Shown here one piece after another: positions 9,332 through 20,045 of a stretch of 64,000 nt of DNA; position 1 is the first letter of the stretch; every line of letters begins with the position of its first letter. Source of the DNA: an uncultured bacterium (GTDB lineage Bacteria; Verrucomicrobiota; Lentisphaeria; Victivallales; UBA1829); the NCBI GenBank assembly GCA_949297765.1, contig CASFTV010000004.1, positions 85,115 to 149,114 of the forward strand, written 5' to 3'. The notes beneath the pieces are model-generated. The model was not told the DNA's origin. It worked only from the letters and a program-made list of their open reading frames with translations, and ran no database searches. The position numbers and the translations under genes were made by a program.

Positions 9332-12300
9332 ATGAATCGTTCCTTTCTGCCGCTTCTGCTGTTTTCCGTGCTTCTGCCGCTGAGCGCCGGGAATCTGATT
9401 TCCAACTCCAGTTTCGAACTGGAGGGAGCGGATTATGCCGTCACCGGATGGCTGCATCCGTGGGAATCCGATGCTTTCCGGGGCGCAGTCCGCGACGCGG
9501 AAACCGCCGTTCACGGGAAGTATTCCATCCGTCTGGTCAACCGGAAGGGTGAACAGCAGCGCTTCATGCTCCGGGAAATCCGTCTGAAGCCGAATCAGCC
9601 CTACACCTTTTCCCTCTGGCTGAAAAGCGGTTCCGGAAAGATTCCTGTTACCGTCACGCTCCGTTCGGTTTACCGGGAACGGATGAAACCGGGGGCTCCG
9701 CAGCGCTGGGTTTCGCATTCCCGGAAATTTCTGGCGGAAAAAGAATGGAAACGCTGTTCGTTCACCTTCCGGGCATCTCCAGCGCCGCATGAGTTCTATT
9801 TTCCCGTTCTGACCCTGGAAGCGGAAGGAAGCATCCATCTGGATGCCGTCCAGCTGGAAGAAGGGGAACGTACTGCGGAATATGCGCCCTCCCGCATGGT
9901 GGAAAGTGCGGCGGTTCCGCTTCAGAAGGTTTTCACGGAAAAGGAAGACGTTCGAATCGCGGTCCGGGCGGCAAATGCCGGGAAGGAAAAGACGGACTGG
10001 AGGGCAATGCTGACCCTCCGGGATGACTATACAGGGGATGTCGTTCTGCGCCAAAGAGTTGCGGCGGCTGTTCCGGCGGGATCCGTCCACGAACAGATCG
10101 TCACGCTTCCCTTGAAACGGTTCGGATCGTTCACGGCGGCTCTGGAGGGAGCGGAAGGGATTCCCGGTTTTCTGACCCGGGTTGGTATGCCGGAGACGGC
10201 AAAGCGGAATCTTTCCACGGACTTCTGTGTCGGGGTCAATGGAGGGGGATTCTATATGAACGGACAGAGCGGCCGCCATTTCCTGGCAAGGAATGGGGAT
10301 CCGAAAGAGTTTTACCGTCAGCTCTCTCTGGCGGGAGTCCGACTGCTCCGCCTGCACGACACCGGCGGATTCGACTGGGCTTCCCTGGAGCCGGAACCCG
10401 GAAAATTTGATTTCACGTTTCCGGACCAGCTGCTCCGCTTCACGGAACCGTACGGGATTCAGCTGTTTCCGGTGCTCGGCTATTTTGCCGACAACTCCGC
10501 GAACCGGAACTACTTCAGTCCGTTTCCGGAATGGCTGAAGAACATCAGTCCGATGGACAACTCCGGGAAGGCGTCCTGGTTCAACCGGGAAACGTCGATT
10601 CATCTTCCGCCGCAGCGCGAATGGCGGAGTTTTGTTCAGACGGTTGCAGAGCGGTACCGCGGGAAAATCACTCATTACGAGATTATGAACGAACCGTTGT
10701 TTTTTCTGACACCGAAGACCTACACGTCCTATTTGAAAAGCGCATCGGAGGCTCTGCGCAAGCTGGGATGCAAAACGGTCGGATTGAGCCTTTCCACCGA
10801 CTTCGGTTCCGATGCCGATCCGTGGAGTGCGGAAGTGTTCCGTCTCGGGACGCTTGATGATTCCGATGCGGTCGCGTTCCATCCCTACGGGGCGCGGACA
10901 CTGAATTCTCTCTATCCGGCCGATCAGTATATTGCCCATCTGAAAGCGCTTCTGAAGCAGGCGTCCGGCCGGGAGATTCCCATCTGGAACACGGAACTTT
11001 ATTTTGTCTCCAACGCACCGATGAACTCCGCCGCCGCGGCCGAGGTGACGGCGCATGACGCGGCGATCCGTTTTCTGACCGATCTGGGGGAAGGAGTGAA
11101 ACAGTCGATCTCCGTTACGGTGAATTCGCTTTTTTCTCCGACGCTTTCGGCCCGTCAGTGCGGAGGCAACGATGTTGTTGCAATCCATCCGTCGCCGGTC
11201 TTTGGAGCATACAGTGCGCTGGCCCGTCTGTTTGAGGCGGCAAAGCCGGTCGGAAAATTCAAACTTGCCAACGATGTTGTCTGCTACGTCTTCCGGAAGG
11301 ACGGAACGCTCCGCGCGGCGATCTGGCGTTATGACGGCAATGAACCTGTTTCAGTCAAACTGCCGTTTCCAACGGGGAACGTCACGCTCTGCGATCTGTT
11401 CGGCAATGAACTTTCCCCGGAAAGAGTCCTGAAACTGGACCGGGCCCCCTGCTATCTGCTCAACCGGAAGGAGAAAGAGGAAACCTTCCTTGCCGGACTG
11501 AAAGCGCTGAGTCCGGAAGGAGAAAATCCTGTCATGTTCGGCACGCTTCGTCCGGTTCCGTCCGGAAACGGGAGAGCCTTTCTTCTTCCGGTCCGGAACC
11601 GGCTCGGCACCCGGGAGGAACTTCTCGCGGAAGTCCGTTCCCCGGGGAATCTCGGGAGGATCCGGACGGAACTGGAGGCGTTCGAGGAGCGCACGCTGAC
11701 CATCCCGGTCCGGGGTGATGGAGTCTTTCCGGCGGATTCGGTGGAACTTTCCACCCTGTTTCACGGAAAACTTGTACGGAAGACCGTCCAGCCGGCGCAG
11801 GTCCCCATCGCTTTGAGCGGATGGAATATCCTGAATCTGAAATCGGGAAAACAGAAGGATCTTTCAGCGAAGTTCCGTCTGACTGAACTGGGAGGAAGGA
11901 AGATTCTGGAAATCCGGGTATCGGACAGCACCCCGTCCACTTCCTTCGGGAAACTTCATTGGTGGGATCAGGACTGCGTGGAAGTGTTTCTGGATGCCGA
12001 TCCGCGAAAGATTCCGCTGAAGCATCCGGGGGAATATCACGGACATGTGACCCGTCTTTTTCTGCTTCCCCGGGCTCCGGAAGCGGAACGTATGCAGATC
12101 TGGCCGGGGAAAGAGTCCCCGTTCCGGAAGACGGACTTTCCATGCCGCTTTGAATTCTCTCCGGAAGGATATACGGTTTTCCTGACGCTGCCCGCATTCG
12201 GAAAAACGGATTTCATCGGCCTCAATCTTGTGGTCAGCGATGCGGAGGGGGCAAAACGAGCGGAGCGCAAATGCGCCTGGAGCTCCTTCGACTCCTCCCG

Positions 12301-12340
12301 GGACCGTCTCACATTCGGTTCCCTGCTTCTGAATCGCTGA
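9332..12340 (+). CDS. Secreted multidomain glycoside hydrolase: CBM4/9-like, clan GH-A barrel, CBM9-like
   Basis: 1002 aa. Signal peptide MNRSFLPLLLFSVLLPLSAG. N-terminal NLISNSSFELEG...YTFSLWLKS. Barrel motifs VRLLRLHDTGGFDWASLEPEPGKFDF and THYEIMNEPLFF. C-terminal HWWDQDCVEVFLDADP is typical of CBM9-like modules. Confidence 0.7.
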   Translation: MNRSFLPLLLFSVLLPLSAGNLISNSSFELEGADYAVTGWLHPWESDAFRGAVRDAETAVHGKYSIRLVNRKGEQQRFMLREIRLKPNQPYTFSLWLKSGSGKIPVTVTLRSVYRERMKPGAPQRWVSHSRKFLAEKEWKRCSFTFRASPAPHEFYFPVLTLEAEGSIHLDAVQLEEGERTAEYAPSRMVESAAVPLQKVFTEKEDVRIAVRAANAGKEKTDWRAMLTLRDDYTGDVVLRQRVAAAVPAGSVHEQIVTLPLKRFGSFTAALEGAEGIPGFLTRVGMPETAKRNLSTDFCVGVNGGGFYMNGQSGRHFLARNGDPKEFYRQLSLAGVRLLRLHDTGGFDWASLEPEPGKFDFTFPDQLLRFTEPYGIQLFPVLGYFADNSANRNYFSPFPEWLKNISPMDNSGKASWFNRETSIHLPPQREWRSFVQTVAERYRGKITHYEIMNEPLFFLTPKTYTSYLKSASEALRKLGCKTVGLSLSTDFGSDADPWSAEVFRLGTLDDSDAVAFHPYGARTLNSLYPADQYIAHLKALLKQASGREIPIWNTELYFVSNAPMNSAAAAEVTAHDAAIRFLTDLGEGVKQSISVTVNSLFSPTLSARQCGGNDVVAIHPSPVFGAYSALARLFEAAKPVGKFKLANDVVCYVFRKDGTLRAAIWRYDGNEPVSVKLPFPTGNVTLCDLFGNELSPERVLKLDRAPCYLLNRKEKEETFLAGLKALSPEGENPVMFGTLRPVPSGNGRAFLLPVRNRLGTREELLAEVRSPGNLGRIRTELEAFEERTLTIPVRGDGVFPADSVELSTLFHGKLVRKTVQPAQVPIALSGWNILNLKSGKQKDLSAKFRLTELGGRKILEIRVSDSTPSTSFGKLHWWDQDCVEVFLDADPRKIPLKHPGEYHGHVTRLFLLPRAPEAERMQIWPGKESPFRKTDFPCRFEFSPEGYTVFLTLPAFGKTDFIGLNLVVSDAEGAKRAERKCAWSSFDSSRDRLTFGSLLLNR

Positions 12341-12942
12341 TTTTCTTGCATGCCCGGCAGATGATCCCCGCATTCCGGAACGCCCCTGCCGGGCAGCATG
12401 CTCAAACCGAAGAATGGAAGAAAATACGCAGGAGAGTCGGATCCGTGTTGCCCGGTTCCGTTCTGTCGGCGGCCCGGGAATGCCCGCCGCCGTCAGAAAC
12501 AGCATTTCGGGAACTTTCTGCGGGAAGCGGACTTCAAAGCCGCTCCGCTGCGCCTGAGCCGAAATCAGCGGAGCCGGGACTCCGTGCCGCAGAAGGACCG
12601 CCGTGACAATCCGGCTGCGGATCAGAATCCGATTTTCCTCCCCGTGGAAGGAGTTCTCTACGGTCATCGTTGGCATTGCCCGGGAACAGGAGATTGTTCG
12701 CCAATGAGTTTCCCGTAAAATTCAAACAACGGACGGAAATCACGCCGTCATCTCTCCCCGGGAAAGCCGTCTCCGCATGTCCGAAAACAGAGCTCTCCTG
12801 TTTGAAAAAGAGGGAAATCATGCTATATATATCCGAAAAAACAAAAGGTCATCGGCGCCTGTACTGCCGCGGCAAAGCATCGCCGGCGAACCGGACCGCC
12901 TGAAGACGGAGAGGCGGACGACATTCCGCAGGAACCGGAAAT

Positions 12943-13812
12943 ATGAGAAAACCAGCCAAAAAGACCACCCAGTCCAAGAGCCACGGGAAATTCATTTTCC
13001 ACAACAGATATCTGCTTCGCCTGCATTTTGACCTGGATCTTCCGCTGTTTCCGTTCTGTTATGAGGATTATATTCAGGAGCAGCCGGCGTGGTATGACTC
13101 CCGTCCGGTCTGTTTCTGCATGCTGATCACGGCGGAATCAGGAGAGTTTCTCTTCCGCACGGGAGGACAGGAATTCCGCATCACTCCGGGGAAAGTGCTG
13201 TTTGTTCCGGAATTTCAGGAATATTATTATGAGAACGAAAGGCCGTACCATGCGAACATTCTGGAAGTCAAGGGCTGCCATCTGACCTCGATTCTGTCGT
13301 CTCTGAAGCTGGAGAAGGCATTTCTCATGGAGATGGATGAAACATACATGCTCCGGATGCGCCGGATCGGCGAACGGACCGATACCGCCGACCGGACGGA
13401 ATTTCTCCGCCTGATGGAACTCACCTACGGACTGATCGCAGAACTCGCCCTGAAAAAACGCCAGAGGCAGACGGATTCCAGCACTCCGCTCGCACGAATT
13501 CTCGAATTTCTGGAAAACGATCTGGAACGCAAGATCACCATTGCGGAACTGATGCGCCACACCGGACTGAGCAAGTCCGGCATCACCGCCCTGATGCGGA
13601 AACATCTGGACATCACACCGATGCGCTATCGGATGAACCGGAAAATGGAACGGGCAATCTATCTGCTTCAGACGGGACTCTCCATCAAGGAGATCTCTCA
13701 GCGTCTCGGTTACAGCAATCAATTTCATTTCTCCTCCGATTTCCGAAAGTTCACCAGCTCCGCCCCGCGGGATTACAGGGCCTTCCAGCGCCACCTGGGA
13801 AACTGGAAATAA
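12943..13812 (+). CDS. AraC family transcriptional regulator (operon B)
   Basis: HTH region ITIAELMRHTGLSKSGITALMRKHLDITPMRYRMNRKMERAIYLLQTGLSIKEISQRLGYSNQFHFSSDFRKFTSSAPRDYR. Confidence 0.85.
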   Translation: MRKPAKKTTQSKSHGKFIFHNRYLLRLHFDLDLPLFPFCYEDYIQEQPAWYDSRPVCFCMLITAESGEFLFRTGGQEFRITPGKVLFVPEFQEYYYENERPYHANILEVKGCHLTSILSSLKLEKAFLMEMDETYMLRMRRIGERTDTADRTEFLRLMELTYGLIAELALKKRQRQTDSSTPLARILEFLENDLERKITIAELMRHTGLSKSGITALMRKHLDITPMRYRMNRKMERAIYLLQTGLSIKEISQRLGYSNQFHFSSDFRKFTSSAPRDYRAFQRHLGNWK

Positions 13813-13882
13813 GAGTCTCTTTTCTCTGTTCTTTTAAATATGTTTTTTGGTCAATACCGTATCTTAAACATATAAAAAAGTA

Positions 13883-13911
13883 TTGACATATTTCCTGTTT
13901 TATTGTATAAT
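13883..13911 (+). promoter_or_regulatory. Consensus sigma70 promoter TTGACA-17-TATAAT ahead of operon B
   Basis: Exact TTGACA (13883..13888), a 17-nt spacer and exact TATAAT (13906..13911), inside an AT-rich block. The next start codon is about 480 nt downstream at 14394. Confidence 0.55.
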
Positions 13912-14393
13912 TAAGAAGACGGGGACAAACCCCCCGGAGTTCTGTCCGGTCTTCGGCATTCGATCGGCAGAAACTCTTTTGCGAAACAGAGAAACATCAG
14001 AGAAATGAAAACAGATCCTACAGGAAAATGTGTCAAAGGACCATGGAAAAATCTTTTTCCATTGAACCGTGATCTCCCGTCGGCGGCCGACCCGGCTTCT
14101 CACGGGAATGACGTTTCCAACGGGTTTTTCCGCCGTCTGCACATCCCCTGTCCCGCAGCGGAAAGGAACGGACACCCTCTCTCCCGGACGCGGAACAGCG
14201 AAATTTCCGGAAGGACATTCTGGATCAGCGTATCATGGAATCTGTCTCATTTCCGGCGAGCAGACCTTGCCGCATCCGGCGGAGGGGTTTCCTTGAGAAA
14301 TGATTCTGCGAAATTGCAGATTCACCATAAGAATTTCCACGGGGAAGCTCCCCGGCGGAAAGGTTCGTTTCTGTACAGCAATGGAGGTCTTTC

Positions 14394-17300
14394 ATGAAAC
14401 GGTTTTTCGCTTTTCTGGTATTCACCGCCTGTTTTGTTTTCTGCGCCGCGGAGGAGACGGAACTGATCCGCCTTCCGCTGGAGGAGATCCGTTCCGGGAA
14501 ACCGCTGCCCCCGGGATGGAAAATCAAGGGCGGACGCAAAATCGAAGTCCGGGGCAACAGTCTCTTCTTTCTCAACACGGGAAGCACTCCGGACTGGCTT
14601 CAGCTCTGCTGCGAGATCAAACTCAATCCGAAATGGCGGGTGCTGACGCTGAGCGGAGAAGCCGTTGTCACCAACCTGACCCGCGGAACGGAAAAATGGA
14701 ATACCGCCCGGATCATGCCGGGATTCACCGACGCCGCAGGAAAACTCATCATCAATTACGACGGAGCGCAATGGGAAACGAACGGACACTTCCGTTTTTC
14801 GCGTCCGGTCAACATTCCGGAGAACGCCGTGAGAGTCCGGTTCGACATCGGCTTTGCCGGAGGGACCGGCATTCTGGAAATGAAACATCTTTCCCTGAAA
14901 GTTGCGGAACAGGAATCCGATCTTGATTTTGCCGCCATCGAACGGGAGAAACCGCTCCTGCGCGCCATTTCCAGCGACCGGACGGAACTGCTTCTGAACG
15001 GAGTCTGGCGCTTCAAGCCGGAAATCCCCAGGCGGAAAACCGGATGGGGATACATCCGCGTTCCGGGCGCGTGGGCGACCACACACAGCTGGCTGATTCC
15101 GAACTTTGATCCGGTCCCCTCTCCGCCCAGAAACGCGAACTGGAGACTCTCCGAACTGAAAAGCTGCTACGATGCCACCTATGAAAAAACCGTCGACATT
15201 CCCGCCGAATGGAACGGCAAGATCATCGAACTCAACGTGATGCGCCCCGCCAGCGATGCGGAAGTGTTTCTCGACGGAAAAAGTTTCGGTCACATCCAGT
15301 GGCCCTACGGGAAAGTGGATCTTTCCCCGGGAATCCGTCCCGGAAAGAAGAACACCCTCCGCATCCGGATGCGGGCGCGCCCCCGCACGGAGATGGTCAG
15401 CGACTATACCTTCTACACCCCGAAAACGGAAAAAGGGGAAATCTACAACCGCGGACTCTGCGGAACGGTCACGCTTTCCGCGCGGAACCGGACGCCCGCC
15501 GTCGAAGGGATGTTCATCCGCACCTCCGTCCGAAAAAAACAGCTGGAAACGGATGTCGAACTTCTGCCGGACGGCTACTCCGGAAACGCCGAACTCACCT
15601 TCATTATCCGGGATTGGAAGAGCGGGAAAACCGTCAGGACCGCCACCCGGACCACCCGTCTGAATGGAAAGAAACGCGAAGTGCGCACATTCCGGATTCC
15701 GTGGGAAAACCCGGTTCTGTGGGAGATTGACAATCCCCATCTGTACACGCTGGAAGTCCGGCTGAAGACGCCTCGGGGAACCGACTCCTTCCGCGACCGG
15801 TTCGGTTTCCGGGAATTCCGGATCTCCGGACGCGATTTCCTCCTGAACGAGAAAAAGATCCGTCTGCATCCGACGCTTCTGGGGTATGCGGGGGGAACCG
15901 CAGAAGTCCTGCAGCACATTTTCTCCATGAACCGGAAAGCCGGATTCAACGCGGTGGAAATTCTCATGAACCACCGGTTCGACCAGTACGGGTCGGCGGA
16001 TTTCAGAAAAGAGCAGGCTGCTGTCGCGGATGAATTCGGCATGCTTCATCTGATGCCGACCTCCGATTTCGGCGATGTCCCGTACGGCCAGCAGATCCCT
16101 GCTGAAGTTGCGAATGAATGGGAAAAAGATTTTGTCAGGGAGTGGAGAATTTTGAGGAATCATCCCTCGATCGTCTCCTTTATCGCGGGATTCAACCGTT
16201 TTTCGACGGAACTTCAGCGTTCGCCGCTCTGCCTCGGAAACGGGAAACGTCTTTCCGCGCCCTACGGCTATGAAAAGGAACGCACCGATTCCGGAAACCG
16301 GATCATGGCGATCATGAAAAAATACGATTCCACCCGTCCGGTAACCAGTCACGACAGTTCCGGCGTGGGCGATTACCACACCTCGAACATCTATCTGAAT
16401 TTCATTCCGCTCCAGGAGCGCGACGAGTGGCTTTCCGAATATGTCAGGACAGGCGACCGTCCTTATCTTGCGGTGGAGTTCGGCTGTCCGCTGACCTATT
16501 CGTTCATGCGCGGCCGTGTTGCCGGCGCGCTCTATTCGTCGGAACCGCTGGTTACGGAGTGGTGCGCCGTCTACCTCGGACCGGACGCCTTCCGCCGGGA
16601 AGACGACTCCTACCGGGCGGAAATCCCGGATCTTCTGAAGCCGACCCTCTACACCGGCTGGACAATCCTTCCGAAGATTCACAAATACGACATCGTCCAG
16701 GATCTTCTGGCGCTGTTCATTCAAAGCACATTCCGCACCTGGAGAACCTACGGGCACTCCGGAGGAATGATTCCGTGGGCGGACGCTCATGGATGGGATT
16801 ACCCGGACAAGACAGCAAAGCATCCTGTTGTCCTGAACCGGAACGGAGGCGACACCCCCATCGTCTCCAGCGTCGAGGAACGGGCCTATAACCGCTTCAG
16901 CGACAAATACATCAACAAGGCGGGGTACACTCTTCTCCGCAACTACGGCGAGACCCTCGTCTGGATTGCCGGGAAGACCGCCAACTTCGCCGCGAAGGAT
17001 CACCTCTATTTCCCCGGCGAGTCCATGGAAAAGCAGATCGCCGTCATCAACGACACCCGTCACGACCTCCGCTACAATCTTCTCTGCGAAGTTCGCGTCG
17101 ACGGAAAAACCATCTGGCGGAACACATTCACCGGAACCGTTCCACCGGCGGAAAACAAACTCATTCCGTTCTCCGTCCCTCTCCCGAAGGATGCGAAACA
17201 GGGCAAAGGGAAAATCCTGCTTTCCGGGACCTGTCCTGCAGGCGGAAAAGAGGTTACGGATGAATTTTCCTTTGATGTCATCTCTGTGCCGCGCCATTCC

Positions 17301-19133
17301 GGGAAACCGGTCCGTCTGTTTGCTTCCGACGGAAAATGCGGAGAATTTCTCAAGACAGCCTCCATCCCCTTCTCCCTCGTCCGGAAGATTCCGGGCAGCG
17401 GGGAACAGGGAATCCTGATCGTGGACGGGAAGTCTCTGGCCCGCAAGGACTTCCCATGGGAACGGCTGCATGAGTTCGTCTCCGGCGGAGGGAAAGCGCT
17501 TCTGCTGGAAGCCCCCCGGGAAATCTATATCGGCCGGTTCGGATTCCGGACCGCAGCCCATGTCTCCCGGCGCGTCTTCCCGATCGACGGAAGTGTCCGG
17601 AACACTGCGCTGTCCGCCATCCCTCTGGAAGGGCTGCGCGACTGGCGCGGCGCCGGAGAATATGTCCCGACGCAGTATGGAACCTCCGGCGAACAGTACC
17701 GGCGGAATCCGCATCGCTACGGATTCCACTGGGGCAATACCGGAAGCGTCTGTTCCATTCCATTGGAAAAACCGCACGCCGCCGGCTGGACTCCGCTGTT
17801 TGAGAACGAATACGGACTGATCTACTCCCCGCTGATGGAACTCCGGATCGGGAAGGGGCTCCTCCGTCTTTCGACATTCGATTTTGCCCGGCGCAGCGAG
17901 AGTGATCCGGGATCGGTGAATCTGTTCTCCGCGATTCTCCGGGATTTTGAACATACCGTTCCCGTCCCTGAACGGAAAACGATTCTCTGCGGCGCATCCG
18001 CGGAGGAGACCGCGCTTCTGGACCGGATGGGGCTTCTCTTTTCAAAAGGCTCGCTCATTCCCACCGACGGGACGGGCATTCTCCTGATCGCGGGGTCCGG
18101 CTGCGCCGTGGACTCGCCGGAGTTCCGGAACTTCCTGGCGACCGGAGGAAGAGCGGTCGTTCTGCCGCGGAAGAGCGGGGAAAACAACGGCCTTTTCCAG
18201 ATTGCCGACGGAGTTGCGGGAAAAACGACGACCCTGCCGGACTGGGATGTGCTCCGCGGAGTCTCCATTTCCGATTTCTTCCTCAAAACCGACTACCGTG
18301 GACCGCTTCTTCAGACAGGAAAACCGGTGGAAACCGGAGCGCATGGACTGATCGGGCGCTGCCGCGTCGGGAAAGGCGAGGCCCTCTTCCTGCAGCTGAT
18401 CCCTGGAATGGTGAATACGGAAAAAATCCGTTATATGAAAGCGCCCATGTGGCGGATCATGCGGCTCCTTTCTCAAGTGCTGGTCAACTCCGGCGGCACG
18501 TTTGAAAAAGACCGGAAGTTCCTGCTTGCGGACAAGGCGGCGGAAGTCCCCGATTCCCTGATTTTCAATACCGGATGGAAAGGACACTTTGAAGTCAAAG
18601 TTCCGGCCGTGAAAGACCAGAACAGACGCTTTACCGATCCCGGGAACAAAGGCGAGGCTCAGGGATGGCACAAAATCGGATTCAACGACCGTTCCTGGTA
18701 TCCGCTTGGAGTCGGCGGGAATTTCCAGTCGTTCGGATCGTATTTCGACGGGAATGGAGTTCTCTGGTACCGTCTCCGCTTCAAAGTTCCCGCGGAATGG
18801 AAGGGGAAAAAGCTCCGTCTGGATCTCGGGGTCGTCGACGATATGGACACCACCTATCTGAACGGACACAAGATCGGAGAAACGAACGACAAAACGCATC
18901 CGAAGTCCCACTGGTGGCTCTTCCGGAAATATCCGGTTCCGCCGGAAATTCTGAACTATGGCGGCGAGAATGTCCTTGCCGTGCGGGTTCTTGACAACTG
19001 GTCCTACGGCGGAATCACGGGCATTCCGGTCCTTGCGCCGGAAGACATCACGAACCGGAAACTCCATTTTTATTCGGATGACTACGACCCGAACAAAAGC
19101 GGCGACGACGTTTACATCTACTGCAACTGGTAA
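14394..19133 (+). CDS. Giant secreted GH2-like glycosidase (1579 aa), paralog 1
   Basis: Signal peptide [22 protein letters not shown]2-like order of motifs: [57 protein letters not shown]...[31 protein letters not shown]. There is a second jelly-roll at the C-terminus ([37 protein letters not shown]). GGAGG RBS. Confidence 0.75.
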   Translation: MKRFFAFLVFTACFVFCAAEETELIRLPLEEIRSGKPLPPGWKIKGGRKIEVRGNSLFFLNTGSTPDWLQLCCEIKLNPKWRVLTLSGEAVVTNLTRGTEKWNTARIMPGFTDAAGKLIINYDGAQWETNGHFRFSRPVNIPENAVRVRFDIGFAGGTGILEMKHLSLKVAEQESDLDFAAIEREKPLLRAISSDRTELLLNGVWRFKPEIPRRKTGWGYIRVPGAWATTHSWLIPNFDPVPSPPRNANWRLSELKSCYDATYEKTVDIPAEWNGKIIELNVMRPASDAEVFLDGKSFGHIQWPYGKVDLSPGIRPGKKNTLRIRMRARPRTEMVSDYTFYTPKTEKGEIYNRGLCGTVTLSARNRTPAVEGMFIRTSVRKKQLETDVELLPDGYSGNAELTFIIRDWKSGKTVRTATRTTRLNGKKREVRTFRIPWENPVLWEIDNPHLYTLEVRLKTPRGTDSFRDRFGFREFRISGRDFLLNEKKIRLHPTLLGYAGGTAEVLQHIFSMNRKAGFNAVEILMNHRFDQYGSADFRKEQAAVADEFGMLHLMPTSDFGDVPYGQQIPAEVANEWEKDFVREWRILRNHPSIVSFIAGFNRFSTELQRSPLCLGNGKRLSAPYGYEKERTDSGNRIMAIMKKYDSTRPVTSHDSSGVGDYHTSNIYLNFIPLQERDEWLSEYVRTGDRPYLAVEFGCPLTYSFMRGRVAGALYSSEPLVTEWCAVYLGPDAFRREDDSYRAEIPDLLKPTLYTGWTILPKIHKYDIVQDLLALFIQSTFRTWRTYGHSGGMIPWADAHGWDYPDKTAKHPVVLNRNGGDTPIVSSVEERAYNRFSDKYINKAGYTLLRNYGETLVWIAGKTANFAAKDHLYFPGESMEKQIAVINDTRHDLRYNLLCEVRVDGKTIWRNTFTGTVPPAENKLIPFSVPLPKDAKQGKGKILLSGTCPAGGKEVTDEFSFDVISVPRHSGKPVRLFASDGKCGEFLKTASIPFSLVRKIPGSGEQGILIVDGKSLARKDFPWERLHEFVSGGGKALLLEAPREIYIGRFGFRTAAHVSRRVFPIDGSVRNTALSAIPLEGLRDWRGAGEYVPTQYGTSGEQYRRNPHRYGFHWGNTGSVCSIPLEKPHAAGWTPLFENEYGLIYSPLMELRIGKGLLRLSTFDFARRSESDPGSVNLFSAILRDFEHTVPVPERKTILCGASAEETALLDRMGLLFSKGSLIPTDGTGILLIAGSGCAVDSPEFRNFLATGGRAVVLPRKSGENNGLFQIADGVAGKTTTLPDWDVLRGVSISDFFLKTDYRGPLLQTGKPVETGAHGLIGRCRVGKGEALFLQLIPGMVNTEKIRYMKAPMWRIMRLLSQVLVNSGGTFEKDRKFLLADKAAEVPDSLIFNTGWKGHFEVKVPAVKDQNRRFTDPGNKGEAQGWHKIGFNDRSWYPLGVGGNFQSFGSYFDGNGVLWYRLRFKVPAEWKGKKLRLDLGVVDDMDTTYLNGHKIGETNDKTHPKSHWWLFRKYPVPPEILNYGGENVLAVRVLDNWSYGGITGIPVLAPEDITNRKLHFYSDDYDPNKSGDDVYIYCNW

Positions 19134-19222
19134 ACAGACATTTCCTGTCAGAGGGGAGAAAAAGGAACGTGAAAAAAGATTCCATCAGAATGAACAACAT
19201 AACAGCTCAAGGAGAAAGAACA

Positions 19223-19999
19223 ATGAATGGAAAGCAAATGCATTGTCACAGCTTCACCCTTATAGAACTCCTGGTCGTCGTGGCGATCATTGCCATCCTT
19301 GCGGGACTGCTGCTGCCTGCGCTGAACTCCGCGCGCAAGAAAGGGCAGAGCATCTCCTGCACCTCCAATCTGAAGCAGGTCATCTCGGCGCACCAGATGT
19401 ATGCCAACGACTATGACGGACTGATGGTGTTCCGCAGTTCGGACGGCGGCAGCACGAGAAACTGGTGCATCCTTCTGACCGGCGGAAACATCCCCGCGGA
19501 AAATTATACAAAGACCACCGCATATCTTTCCTATTCCTCCCTGCTCTGTCCTGCGCGCTACCGCGGCACGGAGCCCTATAACAGTGCGCGGAATATTTAC
19601 GGCATGCGCTATGTGGGCCATTTCTACGCCATGGGATATGCCTTTGATGCGGTGAAGCCGTTCGGCGACTGCTGGATCTATGACGACCCGAAACAATATG
19701 GCTTCTTCCTCACACACAAGATCAAAAATTCTTCCAGCTTGTATATCATGGCGGATACCGCGGCGGCGACAAATACAATTACCACCCCGAACAATCTGTG
19801 CGGAATGTGGTGTTTCTATCCGGACGCCCGGGAAGACTACAAAGGACGGATCCGGACTCTTCATTCCGAACGGGCGAATGTCGCATGTGCCGACGGTCAT
19901 GTGGCTTCTCTCATGGCGGAAACCATGTTTATTTCGCCGTCGAGGATCTCAACGACCGTATCCGAAACCGGCTATGTCCGGAAATGGGCCGTCTGGTGA
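19223..19999 (+). CDS. Pilin-like protein, prepilin-type N-terminus plus H-X9-DG motif (P2)
   Basis: N-terminus [54 protein letters not shown]-terminal [14 protein letters not shown] is an exact H-X9-DG. GGAGAAAG precedes the ATG at 19223; ORF-track start 19169 is possible but less likely. Confidence 0.85.
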   Translation: MNGKQMHCHSFTLIELLVVVAIIAILAGLLLPALNSARKKGQSISCTSNLKQVISAHQMYANDYDGLMVFRSSDGGSTRNWCILLTGGNIPAENYTKTTAYLSYSSLLCPARYRGTEPYNSARNIYGMRYVGHFYAMGYAFDAVKPFGDCWIYDDPKQYGFFLTHKIKNSSSLYIMADTAAATNTITTPNNLCGMWCFYPDAREDYKGRIRTLHSERANVACADGHVASLMAETMFISPSRISTTVSETGYVRKWAVW

Positions 20000-20045
20000 G
20001 AGGTCCTGCCGGGGACGGATGTTTCACGGCTGGAGGTGATCCGTT

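Noticed and set aside
14043-14062. The 9-2-9 perfect inverted repeat ATGGAAAAAtcTTTTTCCAT considered as an operator.
   Set aside because: One or two perfect 9-bp inverted repeats with a short spacer are expected by chance in 64 kb. The 2-nt loop is too small for an RNA hairpin, and I saw no second copy upstream of other operons. It is mentioned only as part of the long-leader observation.
14322-17954. Very long ORFs on the strand opposite the annotated genes: 14322-17954 (1210 aa), 8366-11188 (940 aa), 45363-48131 (922 aa), 27954-30092 (712 aa), 42938-44578, 21390-22694, 25059-26942, 30796-32356, 33316-34416 and others.
   Set aside because: Each is in the codon-aligned antisense frame of a gene with clear family motifs; I checked the modulo-3 register for five of them. 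In that frame a stop arises only opposite sense codons TTA, CTA or TCA, which this GC-rich genome avoids, so the frame stays open by codon bias alone. The translations are Arg/Pro/Gly-rich with no motifs, signal peptides or RBSs. In the low-GC island, where those codons are used, such shadow ORFs disappear.
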